NCBI GenBank assembly: GCA_020848455.1
Contig: JADLAB010000166.1
Span: 1 to 17,008, forward strand
Source of the DNA: Polyangiaceae bacterium
Lineage (GTDB): Bacteria > Myxococcota_A > Polyangia > Polyangiales > Polyangiaceae
Direction: 5' to 3'
Length of the DNA stretch: 17,008 nt
Numbering within the stretch: position 1 is the stretch's first letter; each line of letters opens with the position of its first letter. The position numbers were made by a program, and so were the translations under genes. Below the pieces are notes generated by a model, which did no database searches, was not told the DNA's origin, and was given only the letters and a program-made list of their open reading frames with translations. This document shows, in pieces, positions 13,918-17,008 of the stretch.

Positions 13918-15345
13918 ATGACCGGGCGACTCGGACCGGCGCTGCTCGGCGCGGCCCTCCTCGGCTGTCCGGCCGGCCCGGCGACGCAGCGGACGACGCC
14001 CTGCCCCGAGTGCGGGCCCGCAAGCGGCGCCCGTGCCGCCTCGCCGCGGTTGCGAGCCGTGTGGACGACGTGGCTCGAGCCACAGGCCCCACTGCCCACG
14101 TACGAGATGTGTCGCTACGCCGTCCTCGTGCCCGATACCGACGGCGGCGTCCTCTTCTCGGGGGAGGTGACGGAGCCCGACGGCCGTACGGGGTTTGCGC
14201 TCTACCGCGCCGACCCGAGCGGTCACGTCGCGCGCATCGCGCTCGGCGACGCCTCCGAGCCCGAGGGGGAGGTCGTGTTTCTCGACGTCACCGCCGACCG
14301 GGTGCTCGCCGTGAGCGTGTTCCCCGATCCACCCGAATCATCGCGCCGGGGGTACCCAGGCGCGCACGATGCGTCGGTGCTCCTGTCGGTACGCGCCGGG
14401 CTCGGTGCGCCGGCGCGAGCCACGCTGCAACTCGCCGAGACTCGGAGCGCGTGGCCACTCGGGGGCGAACGCTGGCTCTCCGTCGGGGCGCGCCTCCCCC
14501 GCACGTCGACGACCTGGACCTGGGATCAGCGCGGCCACACGAGGCGGACCCACCCCGCCGCGGAGAGCCACGGCACGGCCCAAGAGCCACTCGACGTCTA
14601 CGACGTCGCCGGGCGCGGGGACGCCTGGGCCACGCGCGGCACCGTGGCCGGAGACGAAGGGGCGACGACCGTGAGCGTCTTTGGCGGGGATGGACGGCTG
14701 CGCTGGCACGTTCGCGAATCGAGACTGGCGTCGAGCTCGGTCGCGTTCGACGCGACGGGAGGCTTGTGGGCCGCGGGGATGACGCGCGGCCTCGACGCCC
14801 TCGGCGCCCAGCGATTTCCCGTGCCGCCACTCGCCCCGCCGGCGCACGGTCCGCCGCCGCGCGAGGCGCACGTGCCGGGCCAGGTGAGCTTCCACGAGGC
14901 CGTCGTGCCGTCGCTGTTCGGGAGCGTCCTCGCGAAGATCCACCTTCTCGACGGCGGGAGGCTCGAGGCGGGCGACGTCCTCGACGGCGTGCTCCTGCGC
15001 TACACGGCCGGCGGGAGCCTGGCGTCGGTCCGCTACTTCCCGAGCGGTGCCGTCGCCGGCCTCACCCATCTCATGCCGGACGGCGACGGGATGACCGCGG
15101 TGGCGTTCGTCGAAGGAGCGCTACCCGACGCGTTGCGTGGCCACCTGAATGGCGAGGACGCGTTCCGCGGGGGCACCCTCCTCGTCCACTTCGACGCTCG
15201 CGGGAACGTGGTCTCGGCAGAGCCGCTCGGCGAGGGTGAGCGCGTGGTGATGCACATCGTGCGCGTGCCCGACGGATACGTCGCGCTGTCGCTCGACGAA
15301 GAGCACCGCTGCGAGCTCGCGCGCTTCGAGCTCGGCCCGCCGTGA
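13918..15345 (+). CDS. Hypothetical lipoprotein (~475 aa)
   Basis: MTGRLGPALLGAALLGCPAGP (lipobox LLGC) follows 91 junk codons of the 13645..15345 ORF. An alternative ATG lies at 13858 (MALLHPQ...). No recognisable catalytic motif. The composition is protein-like (W, Y, F, D), unlike overlapping ORFs 13737..15239 and 14338..15069. Confidence 0.5.
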   Translation: MTGRLGPALLGAALLGCPAGPATQRTTPCPECGPASGARAASPRLRAVWTTWLEPQAPLPTYEMCRYAVLVPDTDGGVLFSGEVTEPDGRTGFALYRADPSGHVARIALGDASEPEGEVVFLDVTADRVLAVSVFPDPPESSRRGYPGAHDASVLLSVRAGLGAPARATLQLAETRSAWPLGGERWLSVGARLPRTSTTWTWDQRGHTRRTHPAAESHGTAQEPLDVYDVAGRGDAWATRGTVAGDEGATTVSVFGGDGRLRWHVRESRLASSSVAFDATGGLWAAGMTRGLDALGAQRFPVPPLAPPAHGPPPREAHVPGQVSFHEAVVPSLFGSVLAKIHLLDGGRLEAGDVLDGVLLRYTAGGSLASVRYFPSGAVAGLTHLMPDGDGMTAVAFVEGALPDALRGHLNGEDAFRGGTLLVHFDARGNVVSAEPLGEGERVVMHIVRVPDGYVALSLDEEHRCELARFELGPP

Positions 15346-15358
15346 CCGACCGGCGGCT

Positions 15359-16732
15359 TCACCGCGCGGCGCTCGCGCTCGCCTCCGCGGGCTCGCAGCC
15401 CGCGTCCGGGTGCAGGGCGAGGTAGCGCGCGAGGTCGCGCCACAGGGCTTCGAGCAGGTGGTCGCCCACCCACGCGCCGCCCGGCTCGTTGAAATGGGTG
15501 AAGTCCGAGAGCGCGAGGCGGCGGTGCTTGAAGCGGCTCATCGAGCGACGCCCGCCCATCGCCTGCCAGAGATCCCAGAGCGCGGTCTCGTGCTCGGCGG
15601 CGAGCGCGCGGCGCTGCTCGACGGCGATCCGCGTGAAGACGAAGGTGTCGGTGTCCCCGCGGTCGGCGGGCGTCAGGATGAGGATCGGCGCGTCGGGGAG
15701 CGCGCGCCGGTGCAGGGCGAGGATCGACGCCATCGCCGCGGGCGTCTCGCGGTGGGTGAAGCCGTCGTTGTGACCGGTGTGGAAGACGACGAGATCGTAG
15801 GCGCGCTGGCGCAGCATCGCGGCCTCGAGGTCGGGGTCCTTCATCGCCTGCACGCGCGAGTTGAGCGCGCCGACCCCGAAGGAGTCGACGACGAAGCTCG
15901 GCGGGCTCGCGCGGCGCTCGAGCGCGATGCCGAAGACGCGCACGTTCCCGCGCGGGCGCACCTCGAGCCGGTGCGCCGCGTCGTCGGTCTCGACGCGGGC
16001 GACGCCGAGCTTGCCGTCCGTCTTCTTCGCGACCTCGGCGAGCACGCGCCCGTCGAGCGCGAGCTCGAACGCCGGGTGGTCGCGCTCGAGGTAGTACACC
16101 TCGAAGGTGTCGGCGGTGCGACCGATGGGCGCCCCCGCGGGTGCGGTCTCGGCCCAGGCCGGGCTCGTCGTGCCGAGGCTCTCGGCGGTGAGGCCGGCGA
16201 GGCCGTAGTAGCGATCGGGCGCCGGGTCCGTCGAGACGGCGTAGGGCGTCCAGCCGCGCGAGCCGTGCCCAACGTCCATGTGGTGGTAGGCCCACCAGGG
16301 CTTGGCCACCGACACGTAGCCGTGGCCGGCGTCGCCGAAGCGCCCCTGCAGGCGGCGGCGCAGCTGCCCCGTCTGGTAGTCCATGATGAGGTTCGAGTCG
16401 CCGTAGACCGCGATGCGGATGTGATCGCGGGCGCGGCCGCGCAAGAGCGCGGCCACCTTGCGGTAGAACGGCGCGAGCCGGTCGCCGTCGGCGATCGGCA
16501 CGAGCGGCGGATCCTCGGAGCTCGCGGTCACCGGGAAGGGCTCGGGTGAGAGCGGGTCGCACGCGGGTGCGGGCGGGACGGCAGGGGCCGGCTTCAGCTC
16601 GGCCGGGGCGGTCTTGGCGGTGGCGGCCTGCGCCGGGGCGGAGTCATGGGGCTCGTCCGGAGCGAGCGCGGGCTGCGTGCACGCCGCCGCGAGCAGGACC
16701 AGCGTGGCGAGGGAGCGCACGGCGCGAGGCAT
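15359..16732 (-). CDS. SGNH/GDSL-family hydrolase, secreted or lipoprotein
   Basis: MPRAVRSLATLVLLAAAC... with block I IAVYGDSN (GDS), block III FHTGHND (GxND) and block V DFTHFN (DxxH). I chose the ATG at 16732, which is preceded by ggaagga; the track start at 16771 would add 13 residues. Confidence 0.7.
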   Translation of the reverse strand: MPRAVRSLATLVLLAAACTQPALAPDEPHDSAPAQAATAKTAPAELKPAPAVPPAPACDPLSPEPFPVTASSEDPPLVPIADGDRLAPFYRKVAALLRGRARDHIRIAVYGDSNLIMDYQTGQLRRRLQGRFGDAGHGYVSVAKPWWAYHHMDVGHGSRGWTPYAVSTDPAPDRYYGLAGLTAESLGTTSPAWAETAPAGAPIGRTADTFEVYYLERDHPAFELALDGRVLAEVAKKTDGKLGVARVETDDAAHRLEVRPRGNVRVFGIALERRASPPSFVVDSFGVGALNSRVQAMKDPDLEAAMLRQRAYDLVVFHTGHNDGFTHRETPAAMASILALHRRALPDAPILILTPADRGDTDTFVFTRIAVEQRRALAAEHETALWDLWQAMGGRRSMSRFKHRRLALSDFTHFNEPGGAWVGDHLLEALWRDLARYLALHPDAGCEPAEASASAAR

Positions 16733-16792
16733 CTCGGGCGGGATCCTTCCGGGGGCGGCCGGCGGCGGCAACTTCCCGGCACGGACGCCTCG

Positions 16793-17008
16793 CTACTTCT
16801 GTCCCATCGCCCGCTGCAGGCACGTCATGAACGCGCCGCAGTCCTGCTGCAGGCAGGTGCGGAGCTCCGGGACGTCGGTGTCGGCCGGCGGCCCGTCTTC
16901 GCGGCAGGCGCGCAGGCAGTCGGGCTCGGAGGCAGCGATGCGCTGCCGCACGTCGTCCGAGGCGCCGTTCTTGGCCGCGGTCTCGACGCCGCAGCGGGTC
17001 GTCTTGCG
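16793..17008 (-). CDS. Cys-rich protein, 3' fragment (start outside the window)
   Basis: The reverse-strand translation reads ...RKTTRCGVETAAKNGASDDVRQRIAASEPDCLRACREDGPPADTDVPELRTCLQQDCGAFMTCLQRAMGQK* with 8 Cys in ~70 residues. It ends just upstream of the SGNH hydrolase start, on the same strand. Confidence 0.35.
   Translation of the reverse strand, partial: RKTTRCGVETAAKNGASDDVRQRIAASEPDCLRACREDGPPADTDVPELRTCLQQDCGAFMTCLQRAMGQK

Noticed and set aside
12323-13921. 532-aa plus-strand ORF
   Set aside because: Antisense to the EEP lipoprotein. It has an Arg/Gly/Glu-rich composition.
13737-15239. 500-aa plus-strand ORF and 14338..15069 (-) ORF
   Set aside because: Alternative or antisense frames of the 13918..15345 lipoprotein gene. 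They are Arg-rich with no signal peptide or motifs.
15033-16562. 509-aa minus-strand ORF and 15410..16549 (+) ORF
   Set aside because: Alternative-frame and antisense artefacts of the SGNH hydrolase gene (15359..16732, minus strand), which carries the GDS, GxND and DxxH catalytic blocks.
1-17008. CRISPR arrays, rRNA/tRNA genes and transposase or integrase genes
   Set aside because: I saw no regularly spaced direct repeats with unique spacers, no tRNA-like low-GC cloverleaf segments and no DDE or tyrosine recombinase motifs in any frame.

Overview
This 17 kb window is very GC-rich (roughly 70% or more), consistent with a myxobacterial or deltaproteobacterial-like chromosome. Only a few of the many six-frame ORFs are real genes; the rest are Arg/Ala-rich or antisense artefacts of GC bias. 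The window opens with the 3' end of phosphoglycerate kinase (pgk). There is no tpiA after it. An accessory-looking region follows: a Uma2-family (DUF820) endonuclease on the plus strand, then a minus-strand cluster of a tandem AAA+ ATPase (two classical AAA domains) followed by two small unknown genes joined by a GTGA stop/start overlap. Next comes a plus-strand Phd/YefM antitoxin whose stop overlaps (ATGA) the start of a 30-codon remnant of what looks like a PIN (VapC-like) toxin, cut short by a convergent gene. A minus-strand operon follows: a YqiJ/NfeD-like membrane protein, a long SPFH/flotillin (YqiK-like) protein and an APH/choline-kinase-family phosphotransferase. Divergent from that operon is a CAP-family cyclic-nucleotide-binding protein whose ~300-aa C-terminal region contains a Cys4 cluster, an Rx4H motif and no domain I recognise. 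The final third encodes secreted or lipoprotein functions: a PEGA-domain lipoprotein whose N-terminus carries a 12-nt tandem DNA repeat encoding (HERR)n, an EEP-family (endo/exonuclease/phosphatase) lipoprotein, an unknown lipoprotein, an SGNH/GDSL hydrolase and the 3' end of a Cys-rich protein. I found no rRNA, tRNA, CRISPR array, transposase or integrase. The candidate novel modules are (i) the AAA+ ATPase with its two small overlapping genes, (ii) the cNMP-binding protein with its uncharacterised C-terminal domain next to the NfeD-flotillin-kinase operon, and (iii) the orphan antitoxin with toxin remnant. All functional calls are motif-level readings by eye. Text-derived coordinates may be off by 1-2 nt; gene boundaries follow the supplied ORF track frames.
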